A stretch of DNA of 64,000 nucleotides from the IMG/VR virus record IMGVR_UViG_3300042806_000299, positions 4,469-68,468 of that record. One strand, 5' to 3'. This DNA comes from a virus. Positions 8,221-16,055 of the stretch are shown piece by piece; position 1 is the stretch's first letter, and each line of letters opens with the position of its first letter. The notes beneath the pieces are model-generated. The model searched no databases. It was given only the letters and a program-made list of their open reading frames with translations, and was not told the DNA's origin. Both the position numbers and the translations under genes were made by a program.

Positions 8221-9255
8221 ATGAAAACAGCCCTAGTGTTTGGTGCAGGTGGTTTTATTGGTAGCCATATGGTTAATAGACTTAAGTCTGAAGGATATTG
8301 GGTTCGTGGTGTTGATTTAAAATTTCCAGATTTTTCAGAAACAAAAGCAGATGAATTTATTAAAAAAGATTTATCTGTCTATGAAAATATTGAAAGCGTT
8401 ATACATCCCGTGGGCACAATAGCATTTGATGAAATATACCAATTTGCTGCAGATATGGGTGGAGCAGGATATATTTTTACTGGCATAAATGATTCTCAAA
8501 TTATGGAAAATTCTGCACTTATAAATCTTAATCTTTTAAGGGCTCAATCAAGATTAAACGCAAAACACGATATTAATAAAACCAAAATATTTTATTCAAG
8601 TTCTGCTTGCATGTATCCTGACTATAAGCAGTTAGATGTAAATAATCCTGGCCTTAAAGAGTCTGATGCATACCCTGCAGATCCTGACAGCGAATATGGT
8701 TGGGAAAAACTGTTTAGCGAGAGAATGTTTTTAGCCTTTAATAGAAACAATAAAATTCCTGTAGCCATTGCCAGATATCACAATATTTATGGCCCAGAAG
8801 GAACTTGGGATGGTGGAAAAGAAAAGGCCCCTGCTGCAATATGTCGTAAAGTTATACAAGCAAAAGATTCTGTAGAAATTTGGGGTGATGGAGAACAAAC
8901 CCGCTCATTCTTATACATAGATGAATGCATAGAGGCAACAAGAAGACTTATGCAATCAGATTTTATTGGACCAGTTAATATTGGTTCTGAAGAAATAGTC
9001 ACTATCAATCAGTTAGTAGATATTGCCTGTAGTGTTGAAGGCAAGGTTTTAAGTAAAATGCATATCTCTGGACCATTGGGTGTTAGGGGTAGAAATTCCA
9101 ACAATAATCTGATTAGAGAAAAGTTAGACTGGGACTATTCTATGTCTCTTAAGAGTGGAATTGAAAAAACTTATTTTTGGATTAAAAATCAAACAGAAAA
9201 AAACCATAATTATTATAATTTTTTAGATAAAACTAGATCAGAAACTACTATTTAA
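8221..9255 (+). CDS. GME: GDP-D-mannose 3',5'-epimerase (extended SDR)
   Basis: GAGGFIG NAD-binding; AADMGG; SSACMYP (catalytic Cys); YGWEK (YxxxK); GTWDGGKEKAPAA (catalytic Lys); WGDGEQTRSF; GVRGRNS: GME-specific signatures. Confidence 0.9.
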   Translation: MKTALVFGAGGFIGSHMVNRLKSEGYWVRGVDLKFPDFSETKADEFIKKDLSVYENIESVIHPVGTIAFDEIYQFAADMGGAGYIFTGINDSQIMENSALINLNLLRAQSRLNAKHDINKTKIFYSSSACMYPDYKQLDVNNPGLKESDAYPADPDSEYGWEKLFSERMFLAFNRNNKIPVAIARYHNIYGPEGTWDGGKEKAPAAICRKVIQAKDSVEIWGDGEQTRSFLYIDECIEATRRLMQSDFIGPVNIGSEEIVTINQLVDIACSVEGKVLSKMHISGPLGVRGRNSNNNLIREKLDWDYSMSLKSGIEKTYFWIKNQTEKNHNYYNFLDKTRSETTI

Positions 9256-10047
9256 ATGAATAAAAAATTATATTTTTTGCATATACCAAAAACTGGTGGA
9301 ACATCAGTAAATAAACAACTTTTAGATAGTTTTGATAAAACTGAAATAAAAAAATATCCTCCATCACAACCACCACACAAAGACAATATGGATGAATACT
9401 CTTATATTACTGGTCATCTTGGAAGATACCCTATTGAAAAAATAAAAGACGTAGATGTTGCATGTTTATTTAGAGAACCTGTAAACAGATCTATTAGCAC
9501 ATTTCTTTATATCTATGATAGATTTTTATTTGCATCACCTGAGTATTCAAAAATTGATAATTTTATAGATAAAGCAAGATATTATTTGTTTAAAGACGAA
9601 AGGTTTGTTAATCATAGAAATCTTCAGACACTGTTTATTTCTTCTACCCCTAAAATGATTACTTCAATAGACAAAGATGGTGATAATACTTTGAGAAAAG
9701 AATTTAATACTACGTGGGGTTTTGAGGATTCCGTTTTAGATTTAGATGTAGCAAAAAAACATATAGATAGTTTTAAAATTATTGGCACTTTAGAAAAACA
9801 TTCTGAATTTATGCAAGAAATAAATGCTTGGTTTTTAAAAAATTATGAAGTAGATCTAGGTGTTAACAAAAAAAATCAAGTTTTTAATAAGACGCTTGTT
9901 GAGCATAATGGAGAAAAATATACTCCAAAAATAATAATGGAAATGCTTACAAAACAAGAATTAGAAAAAATATTAGAGTTAAACAGTATTGATTTTGAAA
10001 TTTACAACTATGTTCTTTCTAAAAAAAATAGCCCCACCCATAATTGA
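9256..10047 (+). CDS. sulfotransferase (family 2-like)
   Basis: 5'-PSB motif HIPKTGGTS and 3'-PB motif FREPVNRSIS. Confidence 0.8.
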   Translation: MNKKLYFLHIPKTGGTSVNKQLLDSFDKTEIKKYPPSQPPHKDNMDEYSYITGHLGRYPIEKIKDVDVACLFREPVNRSISTFLYIYDRFLFASPEYSKIDNFIDKARYYLFKDERFVNHRNLQTLFISSTPKMITSIDKDGDNTLRKEFNTTWGFEDSVLDLDVAKKHIDSFKIIGTLEKHSEFMQEINAWFLKNYEVDLGVNKKNQVFNKTLVEHNGEKYTPKIIMEMLTKQELEKILELNSIDFEIYNYVLSKKNSPTHN

Positions 10048-10063
10048 GTGAGGCATATTTTTT
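10021..10063. terminator. probable bidirectional intrinsic terminator between convergent genes
   Basis: A-tract, imperfect gcc-c-cac/gtg-a-ggc stem, T-tract. Confidence 0.45.
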
Positions 10064-10064
10064 A

Positions 10065-10625
10065 TTATTTAGGAAATTTATTCATCCACATTTGGGTCTT
10101 TGGAGTTATGCCTTTCCAAGAAGACCAATCATCTCCACCCTTTGTCATATAATATGCAATCTCTGCATTTTTTACGGGATTAAATAGTTCAGCATTAGAG
10201 TCAAGATCAAACTTTTCTCTACGGTCTGGACCAAGGGAATCAATCATATTAATTTGAAACATGCCATAAGATGAATCACCAGTTTCATGGTTGCCGTTAA
10301 AAGCCAATGGTCTTCCATTAGACTCTTTTTTAGCAACTGCCCAAGCAACAACAAGGTCTTTGCCCTTGAAGCCTACTAGTGAAAGCAGTTCCTTTAGTTC
10401 TAAATCAGTAAGAGAAACCTTGTTTTCAAAACTCTCTAGTTTTTTTGCCTTAGAAACCAAAAAAACCTCTTTCGAGGTAGTTTCCGATGTCTGGGCCTGT
10501 TTCAGGCTAAGGTTGTTTTTAGTATCAAAATCTGAAGAAGCATTAGCGTTAGAGGTAACCGCTAATAACAATACGATACTGAGTGTGCTAATGATCTCTT
10601 TGTTTCTTTCGATAAATTTAATCAT
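10065..10625 (-). CDS. exported lytic transglycosylase (SLT/lysozyme-like); start revised to ATG 10625
   Basis: AVAKKES catalytic E-S, SYGMFQIN, 'LFNP..NA..AY' motifs; AAGGAGG SD before MIKFIERNKE; N-terminal hydrophobic signal ending ANA. Confidence 0.8.
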   Translation of the reverse strand: MIKFIERNKEIISTLSIVLLLAVTSNANASSDFDTKNNLSLKQAQTSETTSKEVFLVSKAKKLESFENKVSLTDLELKELLSLVGFKGKDLVVAWAVAKKESNGRPLAFNGNHETGDSSYGMFQINMIDSLGPDRREKFDLDSNAELFNPVKNAEIAYYMTKGGDDWSSWKGITPKTQMWMNKFPK

Positions 10626-10646
10626 AGTTTCCTCCTTAGAAAACAA

Positions 10647-10666
10647 TAACACCTTGGTAGGTGTTA
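10647..10666 (-). promoter_or_regulatory. perfect 8-bp hairpin at the predicted 5' end of the transglycosylase mRNA
   Basis: taacacct-tggt-aggtgtta. Confidence 0.55.
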
Positions 10667-10672
10667 CTACTA

Positions 10673-10701
10673 AGTATATCATGAGATTTTTCAAAAAGCA
10701 A
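10673..10701 (-). promoter_or_regulatory. sigma70-type promoter TTGCTT-17-TATACT with TG extension, driving the transglycosylase
   Basis: Read on the reverse complement; divergent from the promoter at 10712-10720. Confidence 0.6.
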
Positions 10702-10711
10702 CTTTATGACA

Positions 10712-10720
10712 TGGTATAAT
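10712..10720 (+). promoter_or_regulatory. extended -10 (TGgTATAAT) for the gene at 10730
   Basis: 9 nt to ATG. Confidence 0.6.
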
Positions 10721-10729
10721 AAAATTACT

Positions 10730-11260
10730 ATGGCATCAGGCAATACAAATGACGGTATATTTAATTTACCATTTCCAGTACTAGACGATCCAGTAAATGT
10801 TCACAAGGATATTGAGGCACTTGCTGATAGACTAAAAATTGTGCTGCCACCACTGGGAATATCAGCATTTCAGTTGGGCGTGATAAATAAAAGCGGTCAA
10901 TCATTAAACGCAGGACATCCTGTATATATAACTGGATATTCAACAAAACCAGAAATATCTTATGCCACACAATCAACAGTTGGTCCAATTTTAGGTTTAT
11001 TAAAACAACCACTTGCAAACAATGCTGAAGGAATAGTTGTAGTTGCTGGAGTTATGGAAAATATTAACTTAAGTTCTGGTAGTTATGTAAATGGCAATCC
11101 AGTTTATGTTGGAGTATCTGGTGGCCTTACTGGAACTAGACCTGCTACTGGAAATGCCACCGCTGTTGGAGTTGTTGCAGCAACTGGGGCTAATGGAATT
11201 TTAATTGTTCAAGCAAAAGGTAACGGAACTTGGCAAGCACTTAAAGACGGAATGTCTTAA
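10730..11260 (+). CDS. virion structural protein (start revised to ATG 10730)
   Basis: Gly/Val-rich 'G.PVYI...G.VVVAGV...G.PVYV..SGGLT' repeated pattern typical of capsid-cement/fibre domains. Confidence 0.5.
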   Translation: MASGNTNDGIFNLPFPVLDDPVNVHKDIEALADRLKIVLPPLGISAFQLGVINKSGQSLNAGHPVYITGYSTKPEISYATQSTVGPILGLLKQPLANNAEGIVVVAGVMENINLSSGSYVNGNPVYVGVSGGLTGTRPATGNATAVGVVAATGANGILIVQAKGNGTWQALKDGMS

Positions 11261-11263
11261 GCG

Positions 11264-11272
11264 TGGTATAAT
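11264..11272 (+). promoter_or_regulatory. extended -10 (TGgTATAAT), leaderless start at 11279
   Basis: 6-nt spacer. Confidence 0.65.
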
Positions 11273-11278
11273 TTTACA

Positions 11279-11689
11279 ATGGCAACTCTAAGAGGATCTC
11301 AAACATCATACGACATAGGAAACAAACCTCCTACAGTTATTTGGACTGTTGTCCGTGGAGATACTTCTGGTTTTAAAGTTTATGTAACTGATGATGCTAA
11401 AGTGCCTTTGATTTTAAAGGGTCCTGGATCTGAATGGGATATTGCTATGAAGATTAAAAGACCAACCTCAACCCCTGGAGTTATTACAGATGCTGCTACA
11501 ACAATTATGGCATTACAACCAAGAGCAGATGAAGATGATCTTGTAGGAGAGTTTACAGTTTGGCTTACAGCAGAAGAATCCAATGTCTTGCAGACAGGAG
11601 ACATCTTTGATATTCAGGTTAGCGATCCATCAAGAGTTTGGACAGTTTGCCAGGGCAGCATGAAGATTCTTGAAGATGTAACAGACTAA
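11279..11689 (+). CDS. BppU-like virion structural protein
   Basis: VVRGDT...FDIQV...VWTVCQGSM..LEDVT; paralogous to 1857..2252. Confidence 0.55.
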   Translation: MATLRGSQTSYDIGNKPPTVIWTVVRGDTSGFKVYVTDDAKVPLILKGPGSEWDIAMKIKRPTSTPGVITDAATTIMALQPRADEDDLVGEFTVWLTAEESNVLQTGDIFDIQVSDPSRVWTVCQGSMKILEDVTD

Positions 11690-11913
11690 TGGCAACATCA
11701 GTAATACTTGATAGCCTACAAAACAAAACAGAAAAAATATTTCCAATAGACTATCCATTAGTTCAAATAGAAAATTTTACAAGAAACACTTTAGTTACAG
11801 ACATACTTCCTTTTAGAGTTAAGTTTTCAGCAATTCAAATTGTGGCTATTGGTCTTGGAAATACTCCAGGAATTCCGCTACAAGTTATTGGATATAGCAA
11901 CTACATTCTCTAA
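11689..11913 (+). CDS. small virion-associated protein (74 aa)
   Basis: TAATG coupling; ORF track. Confidence 0.5.
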   Translation: MATSVILDSLQNKTEKIFPIDYPLVQIENFTRNTLVTDILPFRVKFSAIQIVAIGLGNTPGIPLQVIGYSNYIL

Positions 11914-11931
11914 TAAATTTATTAAAATAGG

Positions 11932-11940
11932 TGTTATAAT
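11932..11940 (+). promoter_or_regulatory. extended -10 (TGtTATAAT), leaderless start at 11947
   Basis: 6-nt spacer. Confidence 0.65.
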
Positions 11941-11946
11941 TACCAC

Positions 11947-12393
11947 ATGGCTAAAATATCAATCGCAGGAGTTAAAAGTCTATTTCAAACAGGTGATAGA
12001 CCAACTCAAGAAAATTACGTAGATTTAATCGATACCACATCTGCCCAATCAACAGACTTAGGTTCTGCAGGTAATAATGAAATCACAATCAACGGAATTG
12101 AGAACGTAACTGTTATTGATGACTTTGATGCAACAGCATGGCGCATGGTTAAGTATATTGTTTCAATATCAAAAACCACTGCAGGGCAAAACAAATTTTA
12201 TGCAACAGAATTAACAGTTCTTGTTGACGGTACAAATCTAAATGTTACCGAATATGGAACTATCGACAATGATGGGAATATTGGCACCATTAATGTCTCC
12301 CGCACTGGAAATACCGTGGCCTTAACAGTCACTCCAGTAAGCGGTATTACACCTATAACAGTTCGTTATGCACGAATTGGATTAAAGGCTTAA
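11947..12393 (+). CDS. fibre-associated protein sharing its C-terminal domain with 12407..14251
   Basis: 'R..[KE][YF][IL]V......E......D......TEYG' shared pattern. Confidence 0.55.
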   Translation: MAKISIAGVKSLFQTGDRPTQENYVDLIDTTSAQSTDLGSAGNNEITINGIENVTVIDDFDATAWRMVKYIVSISKTTAGQNKFYATELTVLVDGTNLNVTEYGTIDNDGNIGTINVSRTGNTVALTVTPVSGITPITVRYARIGLKA

Positions 12394-12406
12394 GGAGATA
12401 TAAAAA

Positions 12407-14251
12407 ATGGCAACAGTAAATAAAAATTTCAAGGTAAAAAATGGCCTTGTCGTTGAAGGTTCAACAGCAACCGTCAATGGAAACAACGTACTTGTAGAAA
12501 CAGCGTCAGATCAATACATTATTGATTTAATTGGTGGAGAAACACTTGTTACCTCCGTTGAATCAACACAGATGGAAGTTATTTCTGGCGAACTAAATAT
12601 TAAGTCAGGCGTATTTGATGTATCAGGAGCAGCAGCAGCAGCACAGTCTGCAGCAGCATCAGACGCTACTACAAAAGCAGCAAATGCTAAGTCAGAGGCA
12701 ATCTCTGCAGCAGCAGCAGATGCAACAAGCAAAGCAAACGCAGCACAAGCAGCAGCAGAAGGAACAGCAGCATCAGCACTTAGTTCTGCAATTAGCACAG
12801 AGGTTTCAAACCGTAATACAGCAATTTCAACTGCAGTAAGTACATTAGTAGACGGTGCACCAGACCTTCTTAATACATTAAATGAATTAGCAGCAGCAAT
12901 TAATGACGATGCTAATTACACAACAACACTTACATCAGCATTAGCAACAAAGGCACCACTTGCTTCTCCAGAACTTACTGGAGTTCCAACAGCACCTACT
13001 GCAGCAGCAAACACTAATACAACTCAGATTGCAACTACAGCATTTGCTAAGGCAGAAGCAGATGCAGCAGAGGCTGCAGCAATTGCACACGCAGATGCTC
13101 TAACAACATCTGATGTAGCAGAAGGAACATCACAATATTTCACAGATGCTCGTGCTAAGTCTTCAGCAGCAGACCTTTTGGTTGGTGCAACAAAGACTAA
13201 CATTACAATTACAGGAACAGGTTCAGGACTTACTATTACCGCAGAAAACGGTGTAGCAGATTCTACAACATCTGACTTAGCAGAAGGTTCAAATCTTTAC
13301 TTTACAAATGCTCGTGCAATATCTGCAACAGCAGCATCATACGATGTATTAGGTGCAGCATCAGCAGCACAATCTGCAGCAGCAACAGACGCTACTAATA
13401 AGGTAGCAGCAGAAGCAGCACTTAGAATATCAGGAGATGCAGCATCAGTTGCAACAGCAGCAGCAGATGCAACTACTAAGGCAAACAATGCAGCATCAGC
13501 AGCAAACAGTTACACAGATGGAAAAATTGCAACAGAAGTTACAGATCGTAATAATGCTATTTCATCTGCAATCTCAACAGAAGTTTCAAATCGTAATACA
13601 GCAATTAGTACAGCAGTATCAGGTCTTGTAGATGGAGCACCAGCACTTCTAGACACTCTTAATGAGTTGGCTTTAGCACTTGGTGATTCACCAGACACAA
13701 TTACAAGTCTTACAACTCTTGTTGGAACTAAGGCTCCATTAGCATCACCAGAATTGACTGGCGTACCTACAGCCCCAACAGCAGCAGCAGATACAAGTAC
13801 AACCCAGATTGCTACTACAGCATTTGCTAAAGCAGAGGCTGATGCAGCCCAAGCAGCAGCAGAAGCAACTGCAGCAGCAGCCAACACAGCACAAGAAAAT
13901 GGTACAACACCATTTACAGCATTAAATATTAATTCAGTTGCTAAGCAAGTTGCAGCAACACTATCAGTACCAACAGCAGGAGTTCAGACAGCCTATTCAT
14001 GGGCTAAGGCTGATTTCCGTTCAGCAGAATTCCTTGTAAGAGTTGGCGCTGGAGCAAATACTGAGATGTCAAAGGTACTTTTGACACTTGACACTTCAGA
14101 TAACATTGCAATCACAGAGTACGGAATTGTGTCAACAAATGTTGCACTATCAACAGTTTCTGCAGCAATATCAGGAAGTAATGTTGAATTAAAGGTAACA
14201 ACTTTAAACAATACTTCAGTGATTACTGTTATGGGAACATTGATTAAGTAG
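12407..14251 (+). CDS. long Ala/Thr-rich tail fibre with an internal ~100-aa duplication
   Basis: Two copies of STEVSNRNTAISTAVS.LVDGAP.LL.TLNELA...KAPLASPELTGVPTAPTAAA.T.TTQIATTAFAKAEADAA. Confidence 0.75.
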   Translation: MATVNKNFKVKNGLVVEGSTATVNGNNVLVETASDQYIIDLIGGETLVTSVESTQMEVISGELNIKSGVFDVSGAAAAAQSAAASDATTKAANAKSEAISAAAADATSKANAAQAAAEGTAASALSSAISTEVSNRNTAISTAVSTLVDGAPDLLNTLNELAAAINDDANYTTTLTSALATKAPLASPELTGVPTAPTAAANTNTTQIATTAFAKAEADAAEAAAIAHADALTTSDVAEGTSQYFTDARAKSSAADLLVGATKTNITITGTGSGLTITAENGVADSTTSDLAEGSNLYFTNARAISATAASYDVLGAASAAQSAAATDATNKVAAEAALRISGDAASVATAAADATTKANNAASAANSYTDGKIATEVTDRNNAISSAISTEVSNRNTAISTAVSGLVDGAPALLDTLNELALALGDSPDTITSLTTLVGTKAPLASPELTGVPTAPTAAADTSTTQIATTAFAKAEADAAQAAAEATAAAANTAQENGTTPFTALNINSVAKQVAATLSVPTAGVQTAYSWAKADFRSAEFLVRVGAGANTEMSKVLLTLDTSDNIAITEYGIVSTNVALSTVSAAISGSNVELKVTTLNNTSVITVMGTLIK

Positions 14252-14285
14252 TAAAAAATAAAATAGTTTGAAAAAGGAGCAGTAA

Positions 14286-14741
14286 ATGGCAACAGATAAC
14301 AAAGACTTTAAGGTCAAGAATGGACTAGCCGTAGCAAACGGCGGTATATTCGGTGGTACTGTAACAGTAGCCGCTCCTACTCAAAACACACATGCAGCAA
14401 CAAAACAATATGTAGATGAAAAAGAAATATTAGTTGCTACAGAAAGTTCAGCACCTGAATCAGCAGTAAATGGTCAACTGTATATTGACACTGTCTCTCA
14501 GAGACTTGCTTTTTATATAGATGGAACATGGCATACACTGACAACATTTAATGATATACAAGATATTCCACAACACATTCACGATACAGCAATCGATGGA
14601 ACTGGATTCATAGTAAGCCAATACCAAGATGCTGGTTATTATAATGATGCAAGCAGTACACCAGTTGACGCTGGAAACTACAATACCAATTCATGGACAG
14701 TAACATGGGATGGCGGATTAGCAGTAGATAACTTCAATTAA
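14286..14741 (+). CDS. short fibre protein
   Basis: N-terminus MATDNKDFKVKNGL nearly identical to that of 12407; HAATKQYVD fibre motif; D[AG]G repeats. Confidence 0.6.
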   Translation: MATDNKDFKVKNGLAVANGGIFGGTVTVAAPTQNTHAATKQYVDEKEILVATESSAPESAVNGQLYIDTVSQRLAFYIDGTWHTLTTFNDIQDIPQHIHDTAIDGTGFIVSQYQDAGYYNDASSTPVDAGNYNTNSWTVTWDGGLAVDNFN

Positions 14742-14747
14742 AAATGA

Positions 14748-14756
14748 TGTTATAAT
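14748..14756 (+). promoter_or_regulatory. extended -10 (TGtTATAAT), leadered transcript with AAGGAGA SD for 14798
   Basis: Seen directly in the sequence. Confidence 0.55.
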
Positions 14757-14797
14757 AAGATAAGTAATTGGGCAGCCCCCATAAGGAGAAATAAAAT

Positions 14798-16021
14798 ATG
14801 GCAACAAGAATGCAACAGCGCAGAGGTACTGCAGCACAATGGACATCAGCAGATCCAATTTTGGCAGCAGGAGAAATTGGTTTTGAGTCCGATACTGGAC
14901 AATTTAAAATTGGTGATGGAGTCAACCACTGGGAAGAACTGTCATATTTTAAAAACTTAGAAGACCTTGGCGGATCACTTGAGGACTATATTTTAGTAAC
15001 TTCAAGAGCACAGGCAAATGGTGTAGCAACACTTGACGCAGCAGGAAAAATCCCTGTAGCACAACTAGGAAACCTAATTGATGGAGCACCAGATGCTCTA
15101 AACACTTTAAATGAATTAGCAGCAGCAATTTCAGATGATGCAACATTTGCATCAACCATGGTGTCTGCTTTAGCACAAAAGGCTTCATCAGCATCAGTAG
15201 ATAGCCACACTAACGCAACAACAGGAATTCACGGTATTCCAGACACAGCACTATTAGCAACAAAGACTTATGCAGATACTGCAGTAAGTAACCATGAAGC
15301 AGATACAACATCAGTTCACGGAATTGCAGATACATCAGCACTAGCAACAAAAAATTATGCAGATTCAGCAGTATCAACACACAACTCAGACACAACAGAT
15401 GTTCATGGAATTGCAGATACTTCACTCCTAGCACTAAAGTCAGAGGTTGCAGCAGTAACAGCAACTACACTTGGTCTTGGAAACGTAAATAATACAGCAG
15501 ATGCATCAAAGCCAGTATCTACAGCACAGGCTGCAGCAATCGCAACTGCTAAGTCAGAAGCAATTGCAGATGCAACAGCACAGGTAACCGCAGTAATTGC
15601 ATCAGCACCAGGAGCACTTGATACTCTTGACGAACTAGCAGCAGCCCTTGGAGATGACGCAAACTTTGCATCATCAGTAACAACTAGCCTTGGGTTAAAA
15701 GTAGATTCTTTAACACCAATTTCACAGAAGACAACATCATACACACTTTCATCACTAACCGAAAGAGACGATCTAATTGAAATGGGTTCAGCATCAGCAA
15801 TGACTCTTACAATCCCAACAGATGCAACTCTAAACTTCCCAATTGGAACTTCTATTGATATTCTTCAAACTGGAGCGGGACAAGTAACAATTGCCCCAGT
15901 ATCAGGAACAGTTACAGTTAATGCAACCCCTGGCTTGAAACTTCGTACACAATGGTCATCTGCAACTCTCTTAAAGAGAGCAGAAAATACATGGGTTGTG
16001 TTCGGCGACTTGACAGCGTAA
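14798..16021 (+). CDS. tail fibre with an Mtd/hyaluronidase-type N-terminal domain and a C-terminal 'W..FGDL' domain
   Basis: QQRRGTAAQW...PILAAGEIGFESDTGQFKIGDG; two GAL[ND]TL[ND]ELAAA-type motifs; three VHGI.DT..LA repeats. Confidence 0.75.
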   Translation: MATRMQQRRGTAAQWTSADPILAAGEIGFESDTGQFKIGDGVNHWEELSYFKNLEDLGGSLEDYILVTSRAQANGVATLDAAGKIPVAQLGNLIDGAPDALNTLNELAAAISDDATFASTMVSALAQKASSASVDSHTNATTGIHGIPDTALLATKTYADTAVSNHEADTTSVHGIADTSALATKNYADSAVSTHNSDTTDVHGIADTSLLALKSEVAAVTATTLGLGNVNNTADASKPVSTAQAAAIATAKSEAIADATAQVTAVIASAPGALDTLDELAAALGDDANFASSVTTSLGLKVDSLTPISQKTTSYTLSSLTERDDLIEMGSASAMTLTIPTDATLNFPIGTSIDILQTGAGQVTIAPVSGTVTVNATPGLKLRTQWSSATLLKRAENTWVVFGDLTA

Positions 16022-16055
16022 TACAAAATTTAACAAGAAATTAGGAGATTAAAAA

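Noticed and set aside
5538-9255. DNA base hypermodification (TET/JBP + glycosyltransferase) as the primary reading of the glycan operon
   Set aside because: The oxygenase does not look TET/JBP-like, no methyltransferase or hydroxymethylase is adjacent, and the context is virion fibres; kept only as an alternative
12511-15744. Long minus-strand ORFs (12511..12798, 13510..13887, 15403..15744 and others) and similar ones at 27633..28238, 35299..35697, 38353..38841, 39457..40068
   Set aside because: Antisense shadows of Ala/Ser-rich + strand genes (GCA codons give TGC/GCT runs); no promoter, SD or domain support
14798-16021. Diversity-generating retroelement suggested by the Mtd-like N-terminus
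   Set aside because: No reverse transcriptase and no TR/VR pair with adenine-specific mismatches seen in the window
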